In this document: piece after piece, positions 39,501 to 48,782 of the stretch
How positions within the stretch are numbered: the stretch's first letter is position 1
Layout of the letters: every line of letters begins with the position of its first letter
Origin: Vulcanimicrobiota bacterium
GTDB taxonomy: Bacteria > Vulcanimicrobiota > Vulcanimicrobiia > Vulcanimicrobiales > Vulcanimicrobiaceae
NCBI GenBank assembly: GCA_963777315.1
Contig: CAVZQC010000001.1
Span: forward strand, 192,001-256,000
Direction of reading: 5' to 3'
Length of the DNA: 64,000 nucleotides
Translations under genes and position numbers: made by a program
The notes under the pieces: generated by a model
What the model was told of the DNA's origin: nothing
Seen by the model: the letters and a program-made list of their open reading frames with translations, nothing else
The model's database searches: none

Positions 39501-41881
39501 CGATGAAGCCACTAACCCGCACGCGGCTCACCGCGCGTCTGCACGCGGCCTCAAAACGCCCCGCGACGGTCATTTGCGCTCCGGAAGGCTTCGGGAAGAC
39601 CACCGCGGTTCGCAGGTTTTTGCAAGAGCATCCGGCCGCGACGCTGGAATTGGAGCTGCTGCGCGAACACGGCTCGCTCACGTCGTTTGCGCGCGGCCTG
39701 GCAGAAACGCTTGCGCCCGTCGCGCCGGGCCTACCGTCCTCGTTCGCGCGCGCCATGGAGTTCGCGTTCCAGTCGTCGCGCGTGGAAGACGAGTTGGCGA
39801 TTTGGTTTCTTGGGCACCTCGATCGCCACGCCTCCCGAACGATACTCATCGACGATCTCCACCATGCCGCGGACGAGCGGATACTGCGGCTGCTCGAGCG
39901 CTTGGTGACCGATTCGCCGCCGGGCTATCGCTGGCTCATCGCGTCGCGAGAGATGCCGGCTCCGGCGGAACGCTGGCTGGAGCGTGACCTTTGCGCCCGG
40001 CCCGTTGACGAGAATGACCTGCGGCTCACGCAAAGCGAGATGCACGAGATCGCGGCATCGATGGAACTTTCGCAGACGCAGACGGCTTCGCTCGAGGAGA
40101 TGACCCGTGGCTGGCCGCTCGCCTTCAGTTTGGGTGCGAGCCTTCCGCGCTGGATCGATCGCCTGCACCAGCTGCGTCCGGCCAGCGCCGAAGGCGTGTA
40201 CGCATTTTTTGCCGAGCAATTCTTTTTGCAGTGCGACGATCGCCTCAAAGAACTGCTGCTCGATACCTGCGTCTTCACCACGCTCGATCGCGACGTCATT
40301 GCCAAAAGCCCATGGCGCCGTTCTTGGCCTGCGCTGCGCGACCTGGCCGCGGACGGACGGCTCGTATCCCTTCGGCGCGACGGTTCGATTCAATTGCGCG
40401 ATCTCTTCCGAACGTTCTTGGAACAGCGCCTGGAGCAGGAAACCGCCACGACGGTTTCCGAGGCCTGCACGACGGCGGCGAATTTGTTGGAGAACTGCGG
40501 GCGGGTAGCCGACGCTTTGCGTTTGTATGCGCGCGCGGGCAACGATGCCGGGGTTCTGCAGCTGTGCGAACGCTACGGGTTCGCGCTCGTCGACGAGGGG
40601 CGCCTGGACGACTTGAAGAGCGCCTTGGCGACCGTCGCTGCCGACGCGGCTGACGGGAGCGCGGTAGCATTGGCGGTAAAGGGGATCGCCGAAGCCAACG
40701 CCGCTCGAAGCGACATCGCGGAATCGTGGTACTTGCACGCGATCGACAAGGCGCAAGGCACCGTCTCGCGAGCCGAGATCGCCTACCGTTACGGCCTCGA
40801 GCTCGTGCGGCAAGGCCGCTTGGACGGCATCGAACTACTCGAGCAATACGTCGGCAAAACGCTTCCGGTAGAACTGGACGCATCGCTGCGATCGACGCTC
40901 GCAACGGCGTACGTGCTGGCCGAGCGATTCGACGACGCGCGAACGATGATGGATACGGCGCTTGGGCTGGTGGACCCATCCGCGTCCAAGCCGCTGCAAG
41001 CCAAAATTCATCACCACGCCGCGTGGGTCGCGCTGTTCACCGGTCAAATCGCCACCGCGCGCAACTGCGCGACGCTGGCAGTGGAATCCGCGCTCGAATG
41101 CGCCATGTACGACGTCGCGGCTCGCGCGTATTCGGTACTGTACAACATTTCGTATGACGTCGAAGACAGCCCTATCGCAACGCTGGAAATTTTGGACCGC
41201 ATTCTGGACTGCGGGCTGAAAGCCGGCAGCGAGCAAGTCCGGCTTTTTGCGCTGCTGGGGAGCATCGATATTCGCGCCGAAATCGGTGACGCCGACGGTC
41301 TGCGTAAAATCGAAAAAATACTCGATGCGCATAGCATCGATTATGCCAGCCGAGCGACTACGGAAGCGCTGTTGCCCGCAGAAGCGCTCACCCTTGCCGG
41401 CAGCGGACGCTTCGGGGATGCGTATAATTTGATTTTCCCCACCGGCGAACGCCAAGTTACGGCCGACCGTAAAGCGCTTCGGTTTTCCGAGATTGCGTTC
41501 TACGCCTCAGCCGCCGGATTCACCGAAAAAGCGAAGCTTGCGCTCGCCGAAGTAGAAAACCATTTGCGGCAAAGCGATCCGGCTTCGCGGCGCACCATCC
41601 GCACGCAGCTCTACTATGCGCTTGCCGTTCGGCTTCTTGGCCGCATCGGCGAAGCGTACGATATGTTGCGGCTCGTATCCGAGCAACGCGATGCGATGTC
41701 TGCGCGCTTGCGCGCCCTGTACGCCTGCGTCAACGCCATTTTCGATCACTGGGAAAGCGCCGATAACTACGATGCTCTCTACGTAGCGCTGCACGAGCTG
41801 CGCGCAGAGCATTTCGGCGGAGTAGGAGCTGCGCTGGCAGCTCTCCCATGCGCACAGGAGCAGATGCAAATTGCTGGATAG
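39497..41881 (+). CDS. MalT-like STAND ATPase/TPR protein lacking a C-terminal LuxR HTH
   Basis: RTRL, APEGFGKTT, ILIDDLH, IASR, LRLT and TRGWP motifs; helical repeat C-half. Confidence 0.8.
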   Translation: MTMKPLTRTRLTARLHAASKRPATVICAPEGFGKTTAVRRFLQEHPAATLELELLREHGSLTSFARGLAETLAPVAPGLPSSFARAMEFAFQSSRVEDELAIWFLGHLDRHASRTILIDDLHHAADERILRLLERLVTDSPPGYRWLIASREMPAPAERWLERDLCARPVDENDLRLTQSEMHEIAASMELSQTQTASLEEMTRGWPLAFSLGASLPRWIDRLHQLRPASAEGVYAFFAEQFFLQCDDRLKELLLDTCVFTTLDRDVIAKSPWRRSWPALRDLAADGRLVSLRRDGSIQLRDLFRTFLEQRLEQETATTVSEACTTAANLLENCGRVADALRLYARAGNDAGVLQLCERYGFALVDEGRLDDLKSALATVAADAADGSAVALAVKGIAEANAARSDIAESWYLHAIDKAQGTVSRAEIAYRYGLELVRQGRLDGIELLEQYVGKTLPVELDASLRSTLATAYVLAERFDDARTMMDTALGLVDPSASKPLQAKIHHHAAWVALFTGQIATARNCATLAVESALECAMYDVAARAYSVLYNISYDVEDSPIATLEILDRILDCGLKAGSEQVRLFALLGSIDIRAEIGDADGLRKIEKILDAHSIDYASRATTEALLPAEALTLAGSGRFGDAYNLIFPTGERQVTADRKALRFSEIAFYASAAGFTEKAKLALAEVENHLRQSDPASRRTIRTQLYYALAVRLLGRIGEAYDMLRLVSEQRDAMSARLRALYACVNAIFDHWESADNYDALYVALHELRAEHFGGVGAALAALPCAQEQMQIAG

Positions 41882-42842
41882 GCAAGTCGCCTCGGGATCA
41901 AACGTGACGCACCGCATCGGAGCGCTGCGGCGCGAGATTTCGAATCGAACGCTCGCGAGAACGCTGCCGCCGGAACGCCAGTCGATTTTGGCGGACGTGG
42001 TGACGAAGCGAACGCTGGATCGGATCGCGGATTGGACGCTTGGCCAAGACGTATCGCCGGTTTTCGACTGGGTGGACACGGTCCTCAAGGAATATCCTCA
42101 GCAGAGCCGCTTGTACACCTTGCTGCCTTCGGCAGTCAGCGCAACGCTGGATGTCCTTTCCGAGGAGCCCGAATCCTTGGCGCCGGCGATTCGCGGCGAG
42201 CTGATGAATTTGCAGCAGCGAATCGACGTCCACATCGGCGCTTTTTGCACGAAGCGCCAAGAGAACGAACTGCGTGCCATCGATCCCGTCGATGCCAAAA
42301 TCGACGAGCTGCTGTTCAGGCTTTCTGCGCAGGATTCGCTTACGGCCGAACACTCGCGATCGGTGGGCATGTGGTGCTGGCGCATAGCCAAGCATCTTGC
42401 GTTACCGCGGGCTGAGTCGTACGTTATCATCCGCAGTGGTTTATTGCACGATGTCGGCAAGACGGCTACGCCCATAGAAATTTTGATGGCGCCGCGCAAA
42501 CTCACCGAAAAGGAATGGGAGATAATGCGCCAGCACGCCGTCCTGGGCGAGCGAATTATTCGGCGGACGTCAGAACTGCGGCAGTTCACGCCGGCGGTTC
42601 GCTCTCACCACGAACGATTCGACGGCGACGGATACCCGGACGGCTTAGAGCGCGGCTCGATTCCGTTTGCGGCGCGCATCGTCGCCGTGGCCGACGCGTT
42701 CAATGCGATGATTGCGCGGCGGCCCTACCGCAATCCCATGCCGCCGACGCACGCGATCGAGGAACTGAAACGAAACAGCGGGACCCAATTCGATCCCGCT
42801 GCCGTTGAAGCGATGATTGACGTCGTGCTTAGTGGCCGATGA
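41871..42842 (+). CDS. HD-GYP cyclic-dinucleotide phosphodiesterase
   Basis: EHS, LLHDVGK, HHERFDGDGYPDGL, VADAFNAM and GTQFDP motifs. Confidence 0.92.
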   Translation: MLDRQVASGSNVTHRIGALRREISNRTLARTLPPERQSILADVVTKRTLDRIADWTLGQDVSPVFDWVDTVLKEYPQQSRLYTLLPSAVSATLDVLSEEPESLAPAIRGELMNLQQRIDVHIGAFCTKRQENELRAIDPVDAKIDELLFRLSAQDSLTAEHSRSVGMWCWRIAKHLALPRAESYVIIRSGLLHDVGKTATPIEILMAPRKLTEKEWEIMRQHAVLGERIIRRTSELRQFTPAVRSHHERFDGDGYPDGLERGSIPFAARIVAVADAFNAMIARRPYRNPMPPTHAIEELKRNSGTQFDPAAVEAMIDVVLSGR

Positions 42843-43254
42843 TCCGCATCAACCAAGAAACGTCGATAGTAAAGGCGCCTGACCCCGGAATACCCGAAAG
42901 CACAAGAAATTTCGGGAGGGCGCTCGCGCTGTCCATGCGATTGGGTCCGGGCAGGGCGCTCGCGCTGTCCATGCGATTGGGTCCGGGCAGGGCGCTCGCG
43001 CTGTCCATGCGATTGGGTCCGGGCAGGGCACTCGCGCTGTCCATGCGATTGGGTCCGGGCAGGGCACTCGCGCTGTCCATGCGATTGGGTCCGGGCAGGG
43101 CACTCGCGCTGTCCATGCGATTGGGTCCGGGCAGGGCACTCGCGCTGTCCATGCGATGGGGTGCGGGCAGGGCGCTGGCGCTGTCTGCTAACGCGGGGGC
43201 CGTAGCGCACACCAAAGCTATAGCACCAAAAACGAGCGTCTTATATGAGGTCAT
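42829..43254 (-). CDS. Secreted tandem-repeat (multi-core) peptide precursor
   Basis: AGGAG SD before ATG 43254; signal peptide ending ALA; 8 x DSASALP in a 12-aa period. Confidence 0.75.
   Translation of the reverse strand: MTSYKTLVFGAIALVCATAPALADSASALPAPHRMDSASALPGPNRMDSASALPGPNRMDSASALPGPNRMDSASALPGPNRMDSASALPGPNRMDSASALPGPNRMDSASALPKFLVLSGIPGSGAFTIDVSWLMRIIGH
42913..43185 (-). repeat. 36-bp tandem repeat, about 7.6 copies, encoding DSASALPGPNRM
   Basis: + strand unit gggcRctcgcgctgtccatgcgattgggtccgggca; contiguous copies without spacers. Confidence 0.97.
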
Positions 43255-43386
43255 AAGGGCTCCTATAATAGCGAGAAAACGCGCAGCGTTATACGCGCTG
43301 CTTGTCATTATGCTATCTTGCTTGGAAGCAGTTGAAAGCTCTCATCGCTATCAGCAGTTGACGGCAGTGGGAACATAGAACTACCC

Positions 43387-43953
43387 GTGATGATAGGTAC
43401 GCGCCGGGCAGTATCTACCGTAGACCAACGGGCGCCGCTCTTACCCGACCATTTCGAGGTATTGCAGCGGCGGGCCACGCCTGCGCTGTTCGTCGTGGAC
43501 AAGCGCTTGCGGGTTATCTACTATCGCGCCGATCCTGCCGAACGGCGCAAAGAATTTCATCCCGCTCATGACGGCTCGCTGCCGCAAGCGATCGAGTATA
43601 CGGTCCTCAAGCTGCTGGCGCAGGCGGAGGACAGCATCGACGGCGTTCTTCGCGGTGCGGTCAGCGCCTCGGTGGCCGTTCGCGTGATCGAGCTCCACGG
43701 AACTCCGCCCGTCTACGCTATTATGGTCGAGCGTTTCGCGCTTCGCGATCACATGGAGACGCTTGCGAACCGCTTCAGCCTCTCCCCGCGCGAACGCCAA
43801 GTGCTCGGGCTGGTCGTCAAGGGGCTGCGCAACGAAGAGATCGCCCAGCACCTGTTCATCTCCAAATCTACCGCCATCTTCCACGTCAAACAATTGCTGA
43901 CCAAAACCGGGTCGCGCAACCGCACGGAAATGGTCGCCAAGATCATCGCTTAG
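43387..43953 (+). CDS. LuxR-family HTH regulator with PAS-like N-terminal region
   Basis: LSPRERQVLGLVVKGLRNEEIAQHLFISKSTAIFHV. Confidence 0.9.
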   Translation: MMIGTRRAVSTVDQRAPLLPDHFEVLQRRATPALFVVDKRLRVIYYRADPAERRKEFHPAHDGSLPQAIEYTVLKLLAQAEDSIDGVLRGAVSASVAVRVIELHGTPPVYAIMVERFALRDHMETLANRFSLSPRERQVLGLVVKGLRNEEIAQHLFISKSTAIFHVKQLLTKTGSRNRTEMVAKIIA

Positions 43954-44714
43954 AGCGAAAACTCCAAACCGTCCTCGGCTACCGTGATGCGGCCGCCGAA
44001 CTCTTGGGCGGCCGCCTGTTGCAGCTCGCGCGGATCGTTTTCGGCTCCGTAATGCGTGAGGAGCAAATGTTTGACGCCGGCCTGGGCCGCCATTTTCCCG
44101 GCTTCTCCTGCGTTCGAATGCCCGCGCGGACGGTGATCGCGCCCGCGTGGCCCCAGCGCGCACTCGCAAATAAAGAGATCGGCATCGCGCGCCGCGCGCA
44201 CGACGTCCGCGCTCGGAGCCGTGTCAGCCGAATACGCGATCGACGCTGCCTGGGTTGAAACGCGCATCGCATATGCTTGAACGTAATGGATCGTGCGCAT
44301 GAACCGGATCTCCAGATCGCCGACGGTCAGCGCTCCAGCGGGATCGTACTCGCGCAAGCGCATCGATGCGTCAAAGAAGCGTTGATTCTCTCCAACGGAT
44401 GCGGCAAGCCCGTACCTTTGCAGCCCTTCTATGCCTCCCGGATACACGTACACGTCCAGCGGAACGGCGCGCTTGGTGGGCGGAAGCGACGTGAGGTAGC
44501 GCAGCGGAATCAAGTCGACCACGTGATCGGCGTGCATGTGCGAAACGATCACGGCATCGAGCGCGGCCGGATCCGCAAAGCGCCGCATGCTCTGCACGGC
44601 GCCGCTTCCGCAATCCAGCGCAATCGACGTTCGGCCGGTTTGAATGAGATAGCAACTGCAGGCCGTGCCGGCGCGAGGCACTGCGGAGCTGGAACCGATC
44701 ACCCGAACGCGCAG
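43950..44714 (-). CDS. MBL-fold metallo-hydrolase (RNase Z-like); start uncertain
   Basis: DCGSG, SHMHADH, YSADT, GHS and LTHY motifs. Confidence 0.85.
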   Translation of the reverse strand: MRVRVIGSSSAVPRAGTACSCYLIQTGRTSIALDCGSGAVQSMRRFADPAALDAVIVSHMHADHVVDLIPLRYLTSLPPTKRAVPLDVYVYPGGIEGLQRYGLAASVGENQRFFDASMRLREYDPAGALTVGDLEIRFMRTIHYVQAYAMRVSTQAASIAYSADTAPSADVVRAARDADLFICECALGPRGRDHRPRGHSNAGEAGKMAAQAGVKHLLLTHYGAENDPRELQQAAAQEFGGRITVAEDGLEFSL

Positions 44715-44725
44715 CGCCGAACGCT

Positions 44726-45181
44726 TTACGGCAGCGACTCGTAGACCTCCCGCGCGTGACCGTCGACTTTGACCTTCGGCCATACCTTGGCAATCTTCCC
44801 CGATGCATCGATCAAAAACGTAGACCGCTGCACGCCCCTGGTTATTTTGCCGTACAAGCTCTTGTCGACGACGACTCCAAACGCCTCGCAAAGCAGTCCG
44901 TCCACGTCTGCAAGCAAGGTGAACGGAATGCCGTACTTGGTTTTGAACTTCTGATGCGAGGCGACGGTATCGCGGCTCACTCCCACGATCTTTACGCCCT
45001 TACGCGTGAAGCCGGCATAGGCGTCGCGAAACTGCGACGCTTCGCTCGTTCAGCCGGGCGTGTCGTCTTTGGGATAAAACCACAGAACCAGGGGGCTCCC
45101 GAGCAGGTCGCCCGTGCCGATCGTTTTACCTGCATCGTCGAGCACGTTGACACGGGGCATCTGCGTACCTTCGGTTAACAT
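44726..45181 (-). CDS. bcp: Thioredoxin-dependent peroxiredoxin Bcp/PrxQ with in-frame UGA (probable selenocysteine)
   Basis: FYPKDDTPG-TGA-TSEASQFRD...GVSRD...RSTFLID; two same-frame ORF pieces; GAGGAG SD. Confidence 0.88.
45021..45040 (-). promoter_or_regulatory. Candidate bacterial SECIS hairpin
   Basis: GCGUCGC-AGUUUC-GCGACGC beginning 10 nt after the UGA. Confidence 0.6.
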
Positions 45182-45297
45182 GGCGCTCCTCTCAAACCGA
45201 TCTTTGGAACGGGAAAATCCTGGACCGGCTCGAGGTTCCCTGCCTCGCCGGCAAAGAGTACCGCACGGCGCGGCCTTTGAATACAGAGCGCAGCACA

Positions 45298-45861
45298 ATG
45301 GAAGCTTCAAGCAGCGTCGGCGCGCACCCCCTGGCCGATGCGCTGATCGAACGGCTGCGCGGGCGCGGCGCGCGCGTTCTCGAACTAGGCGCCGGAAGCG
45401 GCCGCAACACGGCCGCACTGCAGGCTGCCGGTTTCGACGTGCGGGCGATACGCGACGACGACGTGCCTGAAATTGCACCAGGCGATGGAGCGTTCGACGC
45501 CGCGCTCAGCACTCACGCACTGTTGCACGGCACCCCTGCCGCCATCGCGTGTACCGTGCAAAAAACTGCGCGAGCACTCAAGCCGCATGCGCCGTTCTAT
45601 TGCACCTTCTCCTCCAAGCGTGACGCGCGCTGCGGTCGGGGCAGGCGGATCGCCGATGATACGTACGCCCCGCTGAGCGGCGACGAGGCCGGCGTGCCGC
45701 ACGCGTATTTCGACGAGGCCGGCTTACGTGCGATGCTGCAGCAGTGGTACGAAGTCGAGTCGCTGCAGGAGCACGAAGTGGACACTATCGTCGGACGGTG
45801 GGCGCACGCGCAGCCGCGGTCGGGCGCCGTCCACTGGTTTTTGCGCGCGCGGAAACTTTAG
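45298..45861 (+). CDS. Class I SAM-dependent methyltransferase
   Basis: [11 protein letters not shown] motif. Confidence 0.8.
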   Translation: MEASSSVGAHPLADALIERLRGRGARVLELGAGSGRNTAALQAAGFDVRAIRDDDVPEIAPGDGAFDAALSTHALLHGTPAAIACTVQKTARALKPHAPFYCTFSSKRDARCGRGRRIADDTYAPLSGDEAGVPHAYFDEAGLRAMLQQWYEVESLQEHEVDTIVGRWAHAQPRSGAVHWFLRARKL

Positions 45862-46643
45862 TTCTTTTGAAGAGCGATCATTCCGCGCATCGGACTGGAC
45901 GCGTTCGCGTGCAGCCGCTTTTCCATGCGTCCCGATAAAAACGCCATCCGGCCCGCCTGCACGGCGTATTGCATCGCGCGCGCCATCTGCACCGGATCCC
46001 CGGCGCAGGCGATCCCGGTGTTCATGAGCACTGCATCGGCTCCCAGTTCCATCGCAATCGCCGCATCGCTCGCCGTGCCGACGCCGGCATCCACGATGAC
46101 GGGCACCGTGGCGCGCTCTTTGATGATCGTCAAAGAATACGGATTGCACACGCCCAACCCGCTTCCGATGGGCGCCGCCAGCGGCATCACGGCGGCGCAG
46201 CCTTCTTCTTCGAGCTGTTTGCACGCGACCGGATCGTCGACCACGTACGGCAGCACCGTGAATCCCTCTTTGACCAGCTGCGCTGCGGCGGAAAGCGTTT
46301 CCCGGGTGTCGGGATACAGCGTGCGAGTATCGCCGATCACTTCGAGTTTGATCAAATCCGTGGCAAGCAGCTCGCGCGCCAGCTGAGCGGTCAGAACCGC
46401 TTCCTTTGCGGTAAAGCAGCCCGCGGTGTTCGGCAAGATCGTGTACGCGTCGCGATCGATGTAGTCGAGCATCGTCTTACCGCTTGCGTCGTCGAAATTG
46501 ATGCGCCGAATAGCGACGGTCACCATTTGCGCGCCGGAGGCTCGATGCGCCGCCTGCATCGTCTGGAGCGACGGGTACTTGGCGGTCCCGACGATGAGGC
46601 GTGAGGAGAATGTGGATGTTCCGATCTGCAGTACGTCGTTCAT
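45858..46643 (-). CDS. thiG: Thiazole synthase
   Basis: [22 protein letters not shown] and DAGVG motifs. Confidence 0.96.
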   Translation of the reverse strand: MNDVLQIGTSTFSSRLIVGTAKYPSLQTMQAAHRASGAQMVTVAIRRINFDDASGKTMLDYIDRDAYTILPNTAGCFTAKEAVLTAQLARELLATDLIKLEVIGDTRTLYPDTRETLSAAAQLVKEGFTVLPYVVDDPVACKQLEEEGCAAVMPLAAPIGSGLGVCNPYSLTIIKERATVPVIVDAGVGTASDAAIAMELGADAVLMNTGIACAGDPVQMARAMQYAVQAGRMAFLSGRMEKRLHANASSPMRGMIALQKN

Positions 46644-46659
46644 TGTGTCCTCGATGCGG

Positions 46660-46860
46660 TCAGCCGCCCGCCGCGGCTTTGATGATTTCGATGCGATCGC
46701 CCTCTCGAACGAGCTCTTCGTCGTATGCGGAACGGCGCACGACGCAGTCGTTCTTCGCAACGGCGATTCCCTTTGGCGGCGCTTGCACGCGCACGAGCAG
46801 CTGCGACACGGTCATGCCGTCGGGCAATTCCTGTTCGCTGCCGTTGATCGAAGCTTTCAC
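46660..46860 (-). CDS. thiS: Sulfur carrier protein ThiS
   Basis: 66 aa; ING, IAVAKN and EGDRIEII; C-terminal GG. Confidence 0.93.
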   Translation of the reverse strand: MKASINGSEQELPDGMTVSQLLVRVQAPPKGIAVAKNDCVVRRSAYDEELVREGDRIEIIKAAAGG

Positions 46861-46874
46861 CGACCCGAGTTTCG

Positions 46875-48005
46875 CTACGCGATGCCCGCTTTCGTTCCCA
46901 GGCGCGCAAGATCGAACGCAACGAGGCGCTCGGGGCTCGCTCCCTCCACGACGTCGGCCAGCAAGCGCGCGGTGATGGGCGCGAGCAGAATGCCGTTGCG
47001 ATAGTGTCCGGCGGCCAGGAAATAGCCTTGCCGAAGCGTTGCGCCCAGGAAGGGCCTGCCGTCCGGCGTTGCCGGACGCAGCCCTGCCCACATTTCGCTC
47101 ACCGCAAAGTCTTGTAACGCAGGGGCTGCCGCAACGGCCGCATGCAGCAAAGCATGCACGCCGCCCGCGGTTACGCGAAGGTCCGCGACCTGCTCCACCG
47201 TTGCGCCCACGAGAAGCCGCCCATCGCTGCGCGGCACCAAATACGCGCCCGGAACCCATGTCGTGCGGCGCATGAAGCCGGCCGGAATCGTAATGGCGAT
47301 CATTTGACCCTTGACCGGACGCACGGGCGGCACGCATTCCGCGGGAACCCCCTCGATCTCGCCGGCCCACGCGCCGGCCGCATTGATTACCGCCCCCGCC
47401 GGCTCGTAGCCAAGATCGGAGTGCACTCCCAAAACGCGGCGCGCATCGAATTGCAGCCCCACCGATGCGAGTTCGCTGCGCACGACGACGCCGCGCGCGC
47501 GGCATGCGGCGGTAAGCGCGCGCCCCAGTCGACGATTGTCGATTTGGCCTTCACCGTGCACTAACAGCGCGCCGGCGACGTTTTTGCTTAGAGCCGGCTC
47601 GGCCAGCAGCGTGTGATTCCGATCGAGCAGCGTTGCCGAATTGCCGGCGGCGTGCAGTTCGGCGCACCGCCGCGCCAGCGCAGCATACTGCTCGGCTGAA
47701 TACGCCGCGTGCAGAATGCCGTCCAGCCGCAAATGCGGATCGACGCCGCCGGCGTCGCGCACGGACTGCGCAAAAGCCGGATACAGCGCCAGCGACTGCC
47801 CGCACAGCGACTGCAGCGGTTCGTCGGGCAAACTCTCGGTCAACGGAGCCAGCATTCCGGCTGCGGCCCACGATGCGGCTCGCGCCGGTTCTGCCGTATC
47901 GTAGACGCGCACGGCTGCGCCGCGCGATGCCAGTTCGAACGCAATCGATAATCCGATGATCCCGGCGCCGACGATGGCTACGTCGCCGGAAGCGCGCGAC
48001 TGCAT
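46875..48005 (-). CDS. thiO: Glycine oxidase
   Basis: GAGIIG, ASWAAAGML, PVKGQ and GHYRNGILLAP motifs. Confidence 0.93.
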   Translation of the reverse strand: MQSRASGDVAIVGAGIIGLSIAFELASRGAAVRVYDTAEPARAASWAAAGMLAPLTESLPDEPLQSLCGQSLALYPAFAQSVRDAGGVDPHLRLDGILHAAYSAEQYAALARRCAELHAAGNSATLLDRNHTLLAEPALSKNVAGALLVHGEGQIDNRRLGRALTAACRARGVVVRSELASVGLQFDARRVLGVHSDLGYEPAGAVINAAGAWAGEIEGVPAECVPPVRPVKGQMIAITIPAGFMRRTTWVPGAYLVPRSDGRLLVGATVEQVADLRVTAGGVHALLHAAVAAAPALQDFAVSEMWAGLRPATPDGRPFLGATLRQGYFLAAGHYRNGILLAPITARLLADVVEGASPERLVAFDLARLGTKAGIA

Positions 48006-48782
48006 CTATCGCGCCCCGTGCAAAAAAGCTCGAATCGTGACGGGCTGCTCGATTTCGAACGCGGTCAAGGTCATATATCGACCGGTCTTGGCCGACGGAG
48101 CGCTGATGATCGCTTTGCTCACGACGATGCCGCGCAGCACGCCGGCGCGGTCGAATGCTCCGGCGCCCGAATCGCCCCGATCGCAGGTCGGGCAGAACAG
48201 CAGCGTGCCGTAGAGATGCCGTTCGGCGATTCCGGGCGACGCGGTCCAGCTCTTGGCACCGGGATGCCCCATAACCACGAATTGCTGACCCGTGGCAAGC
48301 GCCGCATTGCCCACGCGCGCCGTGGGATATGCCGTCAGAGGTACCGGTTCAACGTATACCAGCGCGAGATCGGCGCGGCGGTCGCGAACGATCCGTATCG
48401 CCCGCCGAACCGTGTGGTCCGGGAAGATGACGAACTTGCGCCCGGCGTGCGCGACGATGTGCTTGGCGGTAAGTATCTCGATGCGCGAGTTGCGCACGCG
48501 CACGATGACGCCCGCTCCCATGTATGCGCTATGCTGCGAAGTCCGGGCTGCAACAATTACCGTTTGCTCGCGCAGGCGTTCGGCAAGTCCGCTGCTTTCG
48601 CGCACGCGATACGATTCTTGAATCAGCCCTGCGTCGATGAAGAGATCTTTTTGCCGAGCTGCGTAGAGGATCAGACCCTTGCCGGCGTCGGGAAACGCTC
48701 GCGCCATCTGCCAAATGCCCTCGCCGAGCAGGCTGAGCACGGCGAGCAGCACGACGAGCGAAAAATCGACCCGGGTTTTCAC
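48006..48782 (-). CDS. Trypsin-like serine protease, membrane-anchored
   Basis: LTAKH, DLAL and GDSG catalytic triad motifs. Confidence 0.8.
   Translation of the reverse strand: MKTRVDFSLVVLLAVLSLLGEGIWQMARAFPDAGKGLILYAARQKDLFIDAGLIQESYRVRESSGLAERLREQTVIVAARTSQHSAYMGAGVIVRVRNSRIEILTAKHIVAHAGRKFVIFPDHTVRRAIRIVRDRRADLALVYVEPVPLTAYPTARVGNAALATGQQFVVMGHPGAKSWTASPGIAERHLYGTLLFCPTCDRGDSGAGAFDRAGVLRGIVVSKAIISAPSAKTGRYMTLTAFEIEQPVTIRAFLHGAR

Noticed and set aside
39497..41881. Avs/NLR-like antiphage STAND system
   Set aside because: The motifs are MalT-type, no nuclease/TIR/SIR2-like effector is evident, and the context is signalling genes.
42913..43185. 36-bp repeats as a CRISPR array
   Set aside because: The copies are contiguous with no unique spacers, the period is a multiple of 3 inside an ORF, and there are no cas genes in the window.
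42839..43378. Plus-strand ORF (RLGPGRALALSM repeats) and other frames over the array
   Set aside because: These are open only because the repeat lacks stops; the minus-strand frame has the SD and signal peptide.
44726..45478. bcp as a nonsense pseudogene or two separate ORFs
   Set aside because: The stop is TGA exactly at the catalytic Cys, with a downstream hairpin and no other decay, so Sec recoding fits better.
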